The notes beneath the pieces were generated by a model. The model did no database searches and was not told the DNA's origin. It saw nothing but the letters and a program-made list of their open reading frames with translations. Below are positions 26,901-40,162 of a DNA stretch of 64,000 nucleotides, in pieces. Position numbers and translations under genes: made by a program. Position 1 is the stretch's first letter. The number at the start of each line of letters is the position of its first letter. Source of the stretch: Trichoplax adhaerens (Eukaryota > Animalia > Placozoa); NCBI RefSeq assembly GCF_000150275.1, contig NW_002060948.1:1387983-1451982 (forward strand), written 5' to 3'.

Positions 26901-29900
26901 CATCGTGTAAAAGTTACAACGATCATTTCCAAAAAGTTGGATCATTACTTGCATAATTTACTGAGTTTTCTGATTAATTTATAATTCATTACATATTGTA
27001 AAATGTAACCTTTTATGCCAATTTCTTGAGTCATCCCAATAAGGTACAGCATGAAAATATATGCAGATTGAAGTGTAAAATTTAATATATTAAAGATCAA
27101 AAAAATTTATTATTAAATCAAATTTCACAGTCTTAATTGTAAGAAACTTTTAACCAGTTATCATGCAACATCAAACATTACTTTGATATATATTATCTTC
27201 GTTTGAAGGTATAACTAAACTTTGAGCATGTACGTGTATATTTAACTAATAACAAACCGTGATAACATACTCCGTATATTGGCGTACGAAACTTTCTCGT
27301 TATTATAATAATTCAGTATGACATGTTGATAAAATACATGTATGAATAGTATAAGAGTACTAACAATCGGGAAATAAGGAAATTCGATTAATTAATGTAG
27401 TATGATTATTCTATGATTGTAATATTACTCAGGATTTGCCATCTAACCGTCTATGAAAATGTACTAGTTTAATGTATACGTATTGTGATAATGAATATGT
27501 ATTAAGATACGTTGTATAATTTTCTTGTATAGCTTTACCGTCTTGACTCAGTCGCTATATCCCTTGTAACGAATACATGATAGTAGATTAATCCCTTGCC
27601 GTGACTTCTTGTAATCATTATTATTATAACAAATTAATTGTCACGATTGCGAAGAGATATTATTTAATAACAATCATTATTGTTGATCGTACAGACAACT
27701 AACTATTAAGTTTAAACGATTCAATCATGTTAATAAACATTGTAATTTGCATAAGAATGGTAATTTTAATTCCGTGATCGGAAACAATTATAATTATCAT
27801 TGTAGCCGTCAAGAATCAGTAACATTGAAATAATGTTTTAAGGGGCACATTAGAATTCATGTAGTAGGACTAAAGTAGTGTAATCAAATTTTCTGTCGTC
27901 ACAATTAATCAAATAACTGACTCATTAGGTTATTGGAGGTAGTATTAATGAAATAATAGACCGCAATTATATAGCCACCGTTCTGAACTGACTAATGACG
28001 TATAGCATTTGTTGTCTATAGTCACTTTAAATAAAGTATCACGACACGGTACGGTGTCATACTTTATTCTTTTAAGTATATTCGCTTAATATTAGCAATA
28101 AAGACTTTATAACTAAATGAAGTGAAATATTAGCCAAAAAAGCTTAATATTGACAATACGTCGTCCTATGAAACTTAACAATAGATTGGATAGTTATAGT
28201 CGTAAAGATAGCTTATTAGATAGGTTCATTCATGTATGAAGAAGCCATACTACATGTAAAGCTTCCTGGCCTTGCATGCTAACCGTTATGCTAGAAATTT
28301 TTTACAGAACAACAAAAATATATTAATAGATTAATGAGCCGTTTATTTTAGTCATGCAGAAATTGCTCTATATTATTACTCCGGCAAACCGTGTATTCTA
28401 CTGTATGGTCACGCAAATCGCTCAATTTATGTTTCTAGCTAAGCTACCGTTTATTTATAGTAGCTTATAATGCAGTAATATGCTTCAAGATGGAAGGTAG
28501 CACAAATTTAAGGAGGTTAAATTAATGCTAAATTACCGCAATAGCACTACGGTTTATCGAAGTGAATTTTTCATACCAAAGTTTCTTCTTTTAGTTCCAG
28601 ATAACTAGAGATAGACGCAAGTTATCAGGTTGAATTTATCCTGAGCTAAAATTATACTCTTATACAAGTAAATGTTACAGTTTTTTAGCCTACTTTATTA
28701 CATAAAGATAAAACCCTACCATGCAATCATATCATAATAACTTTGAGAAAGATCATGAACTAAAGGATAGACTAACATTTAGTTCAAAATTATTGTAGCT
28801 ATTGACGGTTTTAACCTGTAAAATGTGACTGCGTACCGTTATTGCTACGATCGATCACATAAGTATATAGAATCTATAGATGTATAGAACTTAACATCTA
28901 TCTATCGCAAAAGTCACCTCGTAATGTAAAGAAAAGTCGGGAACAATGTTGGAAACTGTATGGTAGAAATAAAAGCATGAATAGAGATAACTCGTTTGCA
29001 TCTAAACTACTACTCTTGCATATAGAAGCAAGCAGATGTCAAAGTTTATGAATAGCATTGCAACCTATTTGAATATCACGATTTGATGATGTGACATTAC
29101 ATGTTAGCCGTAGATGTCGCCTTAAGCGTATGAACTTTACATTGAATAAAATTGATGATACAGAATTATTTTATTATCCAATCATAGCCCACAAGTTGAG
29201 AATATCTATTGACTTGGAATTGATTAAAGTGAATCAATCTAGTTAAATATATTACAAATATGTAATTGAAATAAGACAATGATATTGATATGGCATAATA
29301 ACCTGAGGTGTGGCTACCAACTGATAAGGATAAAATTCAATAGATAGCCTGTTTTCTGATGCTAATTAATACATAACAACAGGTGCTAAGCAACAGACCG
29401 CATTTAAATAATATCCCTTTTCTTCGATTTATTGCGCACTTTTGTCAATAAATTATCATCATCTGAGATTGTTAATGCTATCTTCGACATCGTACGAAGG
29501 GACTAGGAACAATAATACTTTAAAATCAAGCATAATTGTTACTGAATTTTATCGCTAATAACCATCTATAGGTAAGTAAGAAATTCCTTTTATAACATTA
29601 ATTTCTTATCAACTATAATAGTTAATCTAACTTTTAGTGGTTTGTTCTCGTTTTTACCCCTTGCTAAGCAGATTAATTGATTTTTCGCCTTCATAACTAC
29701 AGTTAAGTAATAAACGCTGCATGGCATGGTAATGCTATAGTGTAGTATTATAGGGAGCGTTTTATATAACCTCTATATTGGCGTTTTTAATCACGGCTGC
29801 TTTTTTCAACTAAACTCTCGCAGTATCTTGATTCGATGAATAGGCTTAGTAAAATCAAGTTAGACTTAATAAAGTAATACGAATTCTCTTTTTATACATT

Positions 29901-30877
29901 ATAAATATCTGCACATTGAATTTATAACCACTGCACACTGTATGATAATTTTTTAATCGACATTATAAACACTTCGTTATATGTAAGCACCGAAGTTGGT
30001 GTTTTATTACTGAAAGGTTAATTAGGATAGTTTACGGTAAGCATTCTTTACGTGCAATCATTTTTCTTTTATTTCATTCATTATTTTTCTTATTTCTTGA
30101 GTTGATTTTCTTACTTTATAATGTATTTTGCTTTGATAAGCTACCTTGAAGCTATCCATCCACGTCCGAAATGAGTAAGCACGTTTAATCAAACTTTTTC
30201 TTTTGGTAGGTTTTTTACTGCCGCAATCACGTTTATTGTATGCGTGCAGAGTGGTTGATCTTTAAACAAGCCTTTCGAACAAGCGTAACCATAAAATTAA
30301 TCGACCTTATGCTGGAATTGTTTTAAGCGATCTTTTACTACTTGATATTGCGATCTCATCGCAGATAAACGATAGAAAAGCAGTTAAATTCGAAGACATT
30401 TAACAGCGCATTGCCCTATTTTAAAAAGTAAACAGCAGCGGTACTCCAGGTGATAACATTGGCCGCCCGCTGAAGTTAAGTGATACATCCTTAAGCACCA
30501 GCAAGACCAACCTTAATCGAAATTTGGGTTGTTACTACCCTTGATCATTGCTACGGTTTTCACTTTCTTATCCTATTACTATTGCTTGACAAGGAATTGT
30601 TATAACCTAAAAGCAGTTTTCTCGGACTAAAGGAAGAATTATTTTCTTATTTTTTCGGCAGCAATCGAGTTTTTTTGCTTTCTTATTTCCTGCCAGTTCC
30701 ATGAGATTTTTTAGTTTAACTGACCACTTATAATCAAGACCTTGTTCTATAAAATTTCATTTAATAAGGATTAAATTAAAAAGAGATTATTAATCTACCA
30801 CCAACTATCAAGTATAAACTTGAAACAGAGAATAAAGAAACAAGGAAGTTAGAACTCAGACAGTAAATAAGTTCAAA

Positions 30878-31657
30878 ATGGCAGATCCCATGGACGTACT
30901 GAAACAATTAGATTCTGAATATAGCGAATCAAAGAATAAACTTATAATGCAATATTTAGCTGATCAAGAAGTTGAAGCAGAACGAACATTAGATCAACGA
31001 AAATCGCAAGATGGCAATGATAAAACCAAATTAAAGAATAGAATGCAAGTAAATAATGGACTCGATGCTTCCCATAAGACTATAGAGTTACACGAGGAAA
31101 ATATCATTAATAGTAATAAAGAAAGTCCTCATCTTCCGGAATTGTCTCCGAATAAAATTAATGGCAAGCGTAAATCAATAACATCAAATAACACACCTGT
31201 AAATGGCCATAACGGAATTAACAACAGTAAAGATGAGAAGAATATCTTGCGTCAATCTAGTAGTTATCATGATCTACAGCAGTCAGTATTTTCCTATGAT
31301 AATGAGCAACTTGCTTACCAGTATCATCCAACATCGTTGTCCTATGATCGGCGCTTAAGCACCGATGGTGTTCAGCTATCACTTCATGAAAGTTTAAACC
31401 GGAAAAGAAGCAGTTTAAATGGCCTCACTAGCAGTATTATTCATAACGGAAATCACAATCCAGCGTTGGATTACTTTCAACCAACAGGTTATAGACAGCG
31501 TGAAATTACTTCACCTACTGGCAGTAACCATCAAAATTCTTCAATGCAAAATCAAGGCAGCTTAGTCCGACGACCATGTAGTGTGTATCATTTACCACCG
31601 ATTAATCACGATGATAATGCAAGTAATAATCATCAAAAAACAGTTAATTTACTGTAG
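30878..31657 (+). CDS. Uncharacterised 259-aa Asn/Ser-rich protein, single coding exon
   Basis: Long ORF in AT-rich DNA with AAAATGG start context; no recognisable domain; possible 5'UTR intron 29572-30209 (AG|GTAAGT ... TTTTGGTAG). Confidence 0.65.
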   Translation: MADPMDVLKQLDSEYSESKNKLIMQYLADQEVEAERTLDQRKSQDGNDKTKLKNRMQVNNGLDASHKTIELHEENIINSNKESPHLPELSPNKINGKRKSITSNNTPVNGHNGINNSKDEKNILRQSSSYHDLQQSVFSYDNEQLAYQYHPTSLSYDRRLSTDGVQLSLHESLNRKRSSLNGLTSSIIHNGNHNPALDYFQPTGYRQREITSPTGSNHQNSSMQNQGSLVRRPCSVYHLPPINHDDNASNNHQKTVNLL

Positions 31658-32604
31658 GTCATAATGTTTATTGAATTAAGGGTGAAGAGTAATAAAATCA
31701 AGATACTTTTCCAAAGAAATATATATTGGCAAATTATTATTAATATTTGATTTCATCATGGCTTTATGCATTACTATAAAGTACAAATCATTCTGTTGAA
31801 TATCGCATGTCCATATAAGTGATGTATGGCAGTCACGAAAGGCCATCAATAAATTCTATTAAACCAAACAATTTCGGTAATGAAAGGGATGAATGTTTAA
31901 GAAAAGATGATATTCAGTAAGAAAAGGTTGATATGGACGAAAGAGAAAATATTAATTCTATCCATTATATGATCCATTTTTTAGCTCACCTTTTGTACCA
32001 GCCTTTTCGGTCCAATAGCTACTAGAAGATTTCTACTTAATATGATACAGCTTAAATATCTGGTTCTAATCTAATACAGTATTTACTATGGGTAATATCA
32101 TCTTGTAGATGATATTACAGTATCCTAGTAAATTCTAATATATCTATATTAATCATATTGCATAAATTTTATACTCATCTATGGAATACTACATAATAGT
32201 AATGGCAAAATCAGCTGCATAAGGTAAAATCGCTCATTTAAGTATACCAATTGCATTAATGCTCATTCCCGAATTGAACACATACGGGTGAACTTTCATC
32301 GATCATTCCTATGGATGCTTGTGCAATATCTAATAATGATTCGATATTGACAATGATTGTATCTATTTTCTGATTGGTTTTTTTACTTTAGCGCATATGA
32401 TGAGGCTACCAGTATAACTAGTATACATACGTAATTAGTAAAATTCCAACGTAAATCTATAACACGATAATTATAAATAATTCATTCCTAGCAATGAGCC
32501 TATTTAGGGAGATTTATTTGTAAAAGTTTGCCAAGTTTAAAACTTTATAAAGCCTGAAATGGTCTCTCATGTATCGATGAATGAGATAAATATATCTTCA
32601 TGCG

Positions 32605-32620
32605 TCTATCTATCTATCTA

Positions 32621-32660
<40 letters not shown>

Positions 32661-32664
32661 TATA
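32605..32664. repeat. (TCTA)n/(TA)n compound microsatellite
   Basis: tctatctatc...tatatata directly visible. Confidence 0.95.
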
Positions 32665-33959
32665 TTCATTAATACTTTCCTAAAAGGGTTTTGTGCGCAC
32701 TATGCCATTGGTATGAGTTCTTTTTCATCCTTTTTCTACTACATACCGCATTTGTAAAGTTGGTATTTGATAAATACTGTCTTTTCTAATTATTTCGAAA
32801 ATGTTGTAGCTATTTTAGCCTGATGGTCTTGGTGATTGTACAAAAGTAGCCTTTAAGTTGAAGCATTAACAGATAGTGTTAATCGTCGATTTTAAGTATT
32901 TGATTTTACTGGAAGTAAACGACAATTTATAAAGCTTTTAATGTAATATGAAAATCATGCTAATAATACAGTATAAAGGGAAATTTATCGTCTTAGAAAT
33001 TCATTTAGTATGATCATAGTTGGGGATACGATCTTTATTTTTGAAATTCTTTCTCAAATTAATAATAATAAAAGTAAAGAAAATTTTTCTCTAGCTTTTT
33101 AGGCCATTTTGTACAGAATCAAATAGCAGTATTGTAAATCTCCTGCCTTAGTATCTTCCGGTGTTCATGCAGTAAATATCCGATGGTAGACTATGCAGTC
33201 AAGCTCGTACATTATGTCCGGGTAGTTCTCATAAATAATTCACTATATAAGATTTCAATTCCTTTCGTCTATTTATTAATTACACAATGTGGTCAATTCG
33301 TTACGATTAATATTTCGTGCGATAACTTAGACTTATCATTAAAATTATAATTACGTTGCGTTGTTAAATTATACATTAATAATTATAAGAAATCTTTATC
33401 GTACCCGAATAACATACGTGCATGAGCCTATATCATATTTGAAAGGGTATACTGTATTGATCTTTCATTCTGCAATAGCTCTAATTATTAACTCAACTAT
33501 TAAAATCACGATGGTCGTAGTAACACGGTAGTAACCTAGAAATATTGTAGCTATCTAGGCAAAATATGAAATCATATTTCTAAGCAACAGATAGTAGTAC
33601 AGTAGCAAGGTAGAGATGAATAAAAGTGTGAAAAGTTTAATCTTTTTAACTTTTCATTTAATTGACACTTTGACAGACAACCTGTTTAACATGGACATCG
33701 AGCCTGGAGTTCAATTTTGATGATGGGAAAAATAATTTATAATTATTGCGATCGCTTACTTTTCTATGCGAGTAATGTATATTTCGAATTTATTCGGAGG
33801 GTAGTTCTTCAACGCATACTGCACGTATATACAAACAGTTTTCCATTCCATATGTGTTTGTCCGCATAATCATGTGAGCATATGAATTATAAACTGACTT
33901 CAAGTTATCCTATTTCAGTAACTTTATACGACCAAATTTTGCGATTTGCAAGTCTAGTA

Positions 33960-34231
33960 TGCAAGGCAAGGTATTACTCATTTTTTAGTCCTAGCATTAG
34001 GATTTCTATCCTATAGTACAATCTGCAAAGTAGAGGTAACATGATGGAGTAAAATTAATATAGACTAGTTGTTGGTATCCGTCTAGATTTGTACGTCTAC
34101 TGTGCAAGATAAGGTATTATGCTCCTCTTTCTTTTAGTAGTCCTCTAGTGCTAGTATTAGAATTTCTATCGTTTAGTACTTTGCAAAGTAGAGGTAAGAT
34201 GATGGAGTAAAGTTAATATGGACTAATTATT
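33960..34231. repeat. Diverged tandem duplication (two copies, ~115-130 bp)
   Basis: Shared blocks aaggtatta, atttctatc and tgcaaagtagaggtaa(c/g)atgatggagtaaa(a/g)ttaatat(a/g)gacta at ~33960-34072 and ~34103-34231. Confidence 0.8.
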
Positions 34232-35109
34232 AATATGAGTATACTTCTACCCGTAGCAATATATATAATTGCTGTGGTTGCCTGACGTAATCTATAACTT
34301 TGTCCATAGATAGTGTTTCCTATTTACTCAAGATGATAATCATTGTATATATAAAAATAATGAATGTTGTAGCAATAATTTGGATAGCCTGGTTGCAGCT
34401 AGATAGTCCTTGGTAGTTCTAAGACGAACCTGGTTGATGCAATAAAGTAAAGTTGACAAGAAACTATAGTTCTACTACTGTTAATAACTATCAATTACTT
34501 ATTTTGAAGATAATCATAACGATACACGAGTATAGGGAAGTAGAAACTGACTTGCCTTTTGATCACTATCTCTCATACTCTAAAACTCTATCAAAAGTCC
34601 CATTTTAAACTAAAATAGGATGGACATCAGGGACTTTTCATGATTATAGACTATATTAGAAGAGGAAATTCTCTCTTGAGAAGTCCCTAATGGACATTGA
34701 GCCCGTTAGTATGAAGTACGATGGGCCCAATCTACGATCCGGTCATACTGACTCATGTAATGAGTACAGCGCAGTACAAAATTGTGTTAACGTGACTACT
34801 GTCTGCGCTTCATAGTAGCGACTTAAGCGACCAGGTTGACTCCTAATACAGGGGTGCTAAGCCCATAGTGTTCCATAGAAGTGAGAGTGATGACAAGCTA
34901 TGACCAATCAAGGGATTTTACTGTACAATACATGAGTAAAGAAAAGTAGAAACAGACTTACCTACGACCTCAATCCTCGATACTCTATCACTCCATCAAA
35001 ATGCCATTCGAAAGCTAAGCCATAACCCTAATGTAGAACAACTCCTGCCAGATCGAAATTGCGCCAGATCATTTTCCATCTTAGCCTTGGACTACTATAG
35101 TATGCTGCA

Positions 35110-38100
35110 ATGGCTGCAAAAGGGACTAATCGAGATCATAAGCGTAGAAATAATGATGTCCACAATCATAAAGATGGCAAGGAAAGAAGGTTTTATCGCT
35201 TAAGTCTTAGCACTATGAAGCAGTGGGCAGATCAGCTAGGCTTTGGAGAAGTGAATGATGAAGTTGCAGCATTGCTGTCGGAAGATGCTTCCTATCGTAT
35301 ACGCCATCTCATTCAGGTTGAACTTTCCCCCTCTTCATATTGACCATCCTGATTGGGCTTATTTCTTTACTTAGGATACCTATCAAGTATCAAATCCATG
35401 CTGTTTATAGTGATAAATACTGATAATGCAGTCGCTCTTAGCATGTATAGTATCATAATTAATTATCGATAAGAAAGGAGGGAATACTGTCCATGTGATT
35501 CAATTCAATTAATAGAGTGATAGTCTATTTCTAGGATATAATGGAATTCCAAGCCGAATGGAATCCATTGAATTAACTATATAGAAGCTTATGATATAGT
35601 CATATCATTTCAACAAGTCATCAGCATCGTCATCAACAGGAAGATGTGCTGGATGTTAGAAGACCATTTTCGTATTAGTGATCACGCTGGGCATTCTATA
35701 ACTTACAAATGCGATTCATGATATCATGGCATCGTAAGAGTATTGCATATAGGGATACAGTAGTCGTAGTACGGTCGAGAAGTTATGAATAGAAACTGAC
35801 TGGACTGCTTTGAACGATGTAGAATATATCCCTTGCCATATAACAGCAACATTCACCATCAGAAAGGTGTACTTGATGAAACGCATCATAATCATCAAGC
35901 ATGGCATTCATCTTCAAAAATATTACCGTTATGATTGCTATTTCATAATAAAGGACTCATTATGGAGATGCTATACTGTAATATGTAGTTTACCTACTAA
36001 ATGAATTATAGATAATCTCCAAATCTAATACCGACAACAAACTGAGCTATTGCAATCTCACAACGCCAAATATCACTCATCTTTTGTCTGTTGATATTAT
36101 TCTAAATGAACTAAAATTTTTACTGCTTGCTATACTTGTAGAAGACAACATCAAATCTAACTATTGCAGTTGCTACCGAATTTTACAGTACAAGGTTTAA
36201 AAGTGATGATATTACGGATGATACAGTAATTGTATAGTTAGCGTTCACTATAATATCGATAATAGCTAATTTATTTCCAGGTGAAGTAATAACGCTTTCG
36301 TTTGATCTACAGTATAAGCGATAAAACCCATAGAATACGTTGTACGGTACAAAATATCGATGACCACCTCTTCCAATTTACTGTAGTCTTGACTGAATAT
36401 ATATATACAAAGTCAATTTACTTAATACTACTGAACAATCATCTACCTACTATATATACAGTTCTGGCTTAACAAAGTGGATATACTGCACAATTATAGT
36501 ACCGTTACTGATTTACTTTGCGGGTAGATGTGTAGGATATACAAAATAAATCCGTCGTGTCAAATTACAAACATTAATATTTAGCCTTTCGTCTCTTCCC
36601 TAAAATTAGGTGGCTTCGGAAGTTATGATTCATTCTAAAAGAACGCGTATGATGACAGATGATGTCAATAAAGCTGCGAAATTATGTCGTTTAGAAGTAA
36701 ATCCATACTTTGCCATTACATTATATGTGACGTTGTTACTTTTTTAACCTAATTTTTGGGCTTGAGCATATCGAGTCTGGATCAATATCAAGTCAATTAA
36801 TAATTATCTATTTATGGTCTAAAATAGAGTATTTATGGAATCAATGGAACAGAAGCCGATCAGTTTAAATGTGTCACATTTAAAGATAGTAAAATATATT
36901 ATTTGGACGATAAAGAAGTGAATTTACACAATTTAATCATGAATGACGAAATACCGAATGATCCTGGCCGAACGTCTGTACGAGGTAGATATTTGATTTT
37001 AAAAATTAAGAGATAAAAGATTGACGTAGTTTAACTAGTAACCTATTGAAAAAGTTGTTGCGTACCAAATTATATCAATACTGTTATAAGGCTATTCGTT
37101 TCTCTTTCAGCTCACTGGCTACCCATATCTGGTTCATTAAAACAAAATAGCATTAATTGGCAACAGTTGAACACAGTACGTTAAGTGTAACTTTTTAACT
37201 GATAAAATCTTGAAACGGAATTTTTAATACCTTAATAAAGAGTAACAATTTTAACCTTGCCATTTATTGTTGCTTTGTATACAAATTATTAGGCTAATAA
37301 TACTTACCTTAAAGCAGTATTGCAAGGCTTAAAAAGTCAAGAACCGCAACTTGTTTTGGTATTCAAGCTCATATTTTGCTCTACGATCAGTAAACGATGC
37401 AGTATTTACATCAAGTGAAAACTTTAATACTTCTATCCATTAATTTCAGACCATCATGAATAATCTAAGAACCAATTCACACGTTACTGTTATTTTACCT
37501 TATGTACTGTACTACCTAATTTCATCGGTAAGTTAAATTTTTGATAGAAACTTCTTTAGATTTACAGTGTAGAATAACACATAATCTCTCGTAGGCACAA
37601 TCACTAATATTTGTTATTTTATAGATAAAATCGCATACACATGTTGCTCGCTGTTTACAAAGTATACAATCAATTATTGAAAACAAATCTTTAACTCTAC
37701 TCCCTTATGTAAGAAAGTTCTGGCTTATTAATAACTTAAATGTAGTAATTTAAGTAACAATTAATAGGTCGAAAATTTACAGGATTTACAACAGATTGTT
37801 CTATTTATATTATTTTGTGTTGATTAACTTTATTAATATGCTGGCTCTTTAAATAACAGCTTGTTCAATTAGTCTCCGTTTTAATGACATGTACTTTGGA
37901 CGATCACCGCATGGCGAATTCATGGCATTTAAGAAATAAATCTGCAATGTTGCTAGCATTACTTGCTAGGTTTGTCAGATAAATAATCAAGTAGCTAAGA
38001 CGTTGAGTTATGCAAACTACTTAAGCTAATTTTATTTCAGTAATACTGCAATACTACATTGACTAAAATATCTCTATTGTATAGGGAATATAAAAAATCA

Positions 38101-38820
38101 TCACCGAACGTATGCAATAATATAACTAACAAATTGCGAGAGGTTCTAGCAAGCAACGACAAACCACGGTTTTCTCACTATGGAGCCATTGTAACATTGA
38201 CTTATTTCGGGGGACAGGTTTAGTATTTTATGCAATTTTATTAGTATGTATTGTACTATTCTAGATGCGGTTTAACAAAAAATATTAATTAAGAGCATGG
38301 ATACCTTTAATCCTTTAGATTAAGATACTGTTTACCTGAAAGAGTGAACTGATTACATACAATATCGATTTTATTAGGAATTGTGTATGACGCTACGTGC
38401 ATATTTTTCGAGAAATTGGTATGTCTTGAATGAAATGCTGGAAAATTCTGCTGTTGAACTATCTATAAAATATGATATTCTACAGGTTAAGAGCGCCTTA
38501 CAGGTAATATCAATCTAACTATATTCATCTGTTTGATTATAAAGAAATTATTACTAATAAAGTTAACATTTTCAAAATAGAACGCTGTTTGCGTCGTCAT
38601 TAATGACATGGAAAAATATCTTCAAAATGAAGGAAATTTCAGTGTTGGTAATATTTATCACGAACTGTACAGCTATTGTGGAGATAGTTTAGCACCAGTA
38701 GCATCACACTCTTTAACCAATATGGAAAGCATTTCTTCTAAAAGTCATACAAATAGAATTTTCTGTCAATCTTGGCGTGAAAAAGTAAAAAGTTTTCAAC
38801 CCAAAATTTTAGGGTTATGA
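35110..38820 (+). CDS. TAF6L: TAF6-like SAGA/PCAF-associated factor 65
   Basis: About 11 exons (35110-35316, 36611-36697, 36828-36984 ... 38581-38820). Histone fold KERRF...DEVAALLSEDASYRIRHLIQ...HSKRTRMMTDDVNKA, LDDKEVNL, SHYGAIVTL and ELYSYCGDSL are TAF6L-type rather than TAF6-type. Confidence 0.87.
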
Positions 38821-40162
38821 TGTACATGTACAGTAATTATATTGATTATACGTTTCTATTAAATTAAAGTAGGAAGGGTTCTCTTTTTCGTTGGTATATT
38901 AAGTTGTATATATTATGTATTAAATTTCTTCTGTTGCTAGACTAAACTTCCTAATATCTGTGCTTGTTGTCACTAGTTTCAATCAATTTTACGACCTCAA
39001 CATACTGAAAGGAATGCGTTAAAACAATTATAATTTTATAATTATATAATTTAATATATAATAGTTAATGTAATTTTAAAGTTTATTAATTAATATATAT
39101 GTTTTATGAAATAATATGTACAGTATATATATACAAGTATATACATATACGCGTATAACTGTTTCTACGTTTTACTCACTTCTTTCTATATACTACACCA
39201 TGTAGCGTACTAAAGTACTTTGCGAATAGGTGATTTTCGTTAATGAAAGTTACAAATTTCAAATTCACTTCTATGTAATATCTGTACACAGTAGTATCAG
39301 ATTAAGAAAGAACGGAAGTTTCCAGCTTTACTATTCTTTTCATTCGACACTGAAAATTGTGCTATAATTGAAATTGTTTTTCAGCTTTTCTGGTTGCTTT
39401 GTTACAATTAATAAAATTAAGGGGAAAGAACAGAAAACTGATCTTTCAAAACATTTTTGATGGATCAAACGAAGAGATGTAAGATCGGAAATACGCCCAT
39501 AGTAAGGCTTAGAATACTATTTGTAATTTAAATCTAAACTCCCAATGAAAGTATTGCAAAAATTTTAAAAGTTACGACAAAATGTTACTTAAATCGATCC
39601 TACGATTTGATACATCGACTTTTCAAAGTAGATCTAAATTCAGTATTCTATCCAAGATACTACATATGAAAGTAAAGAGGTAATCTGGTCTTGACCTGTG
39701 GATATCTTAAGAGCTTTTACGTACAGTATATTATATTACTTTGTGCTCCAGTTGAAGGTATTGAAAACATTATTTCTTGAAGAATGGACTGATCTTAATC
39801 TATGATTAATTACAAATACGGTAGTCACTAGTCACCATTAAGGTATCGGATCAGATCCGACAGCTGTGGAGTTTAACGGAATTCCAACATTTATCAACAT
39901 GACATGCATGATAATACACGTATGCTGCAGTTTTATTCATTCAATACTGCACAAAAACGCTTACAAAATAATTGTTATAATATTTCGTTACATTCTTCTA
40001 ATCTACCGTAATCGCATGAATTAAGATATTTCACTTGATTTTAGCCCATATCGACTCATGTACATACAATAGAAAATTGATAATTTTCAAAAGTATTACA
40101 TTATGGTCATAAATTTCGTTCATATGTTAAATGTAGAATAGCACCATGACAGGTGTACAACA

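Noticed and set aside
30878-30890. Shared ATGGCAGATCC start between the orphan ORF and UBXN1
   Set aside because: Similarity does not extend beyond about four codons; treated as coincidence.
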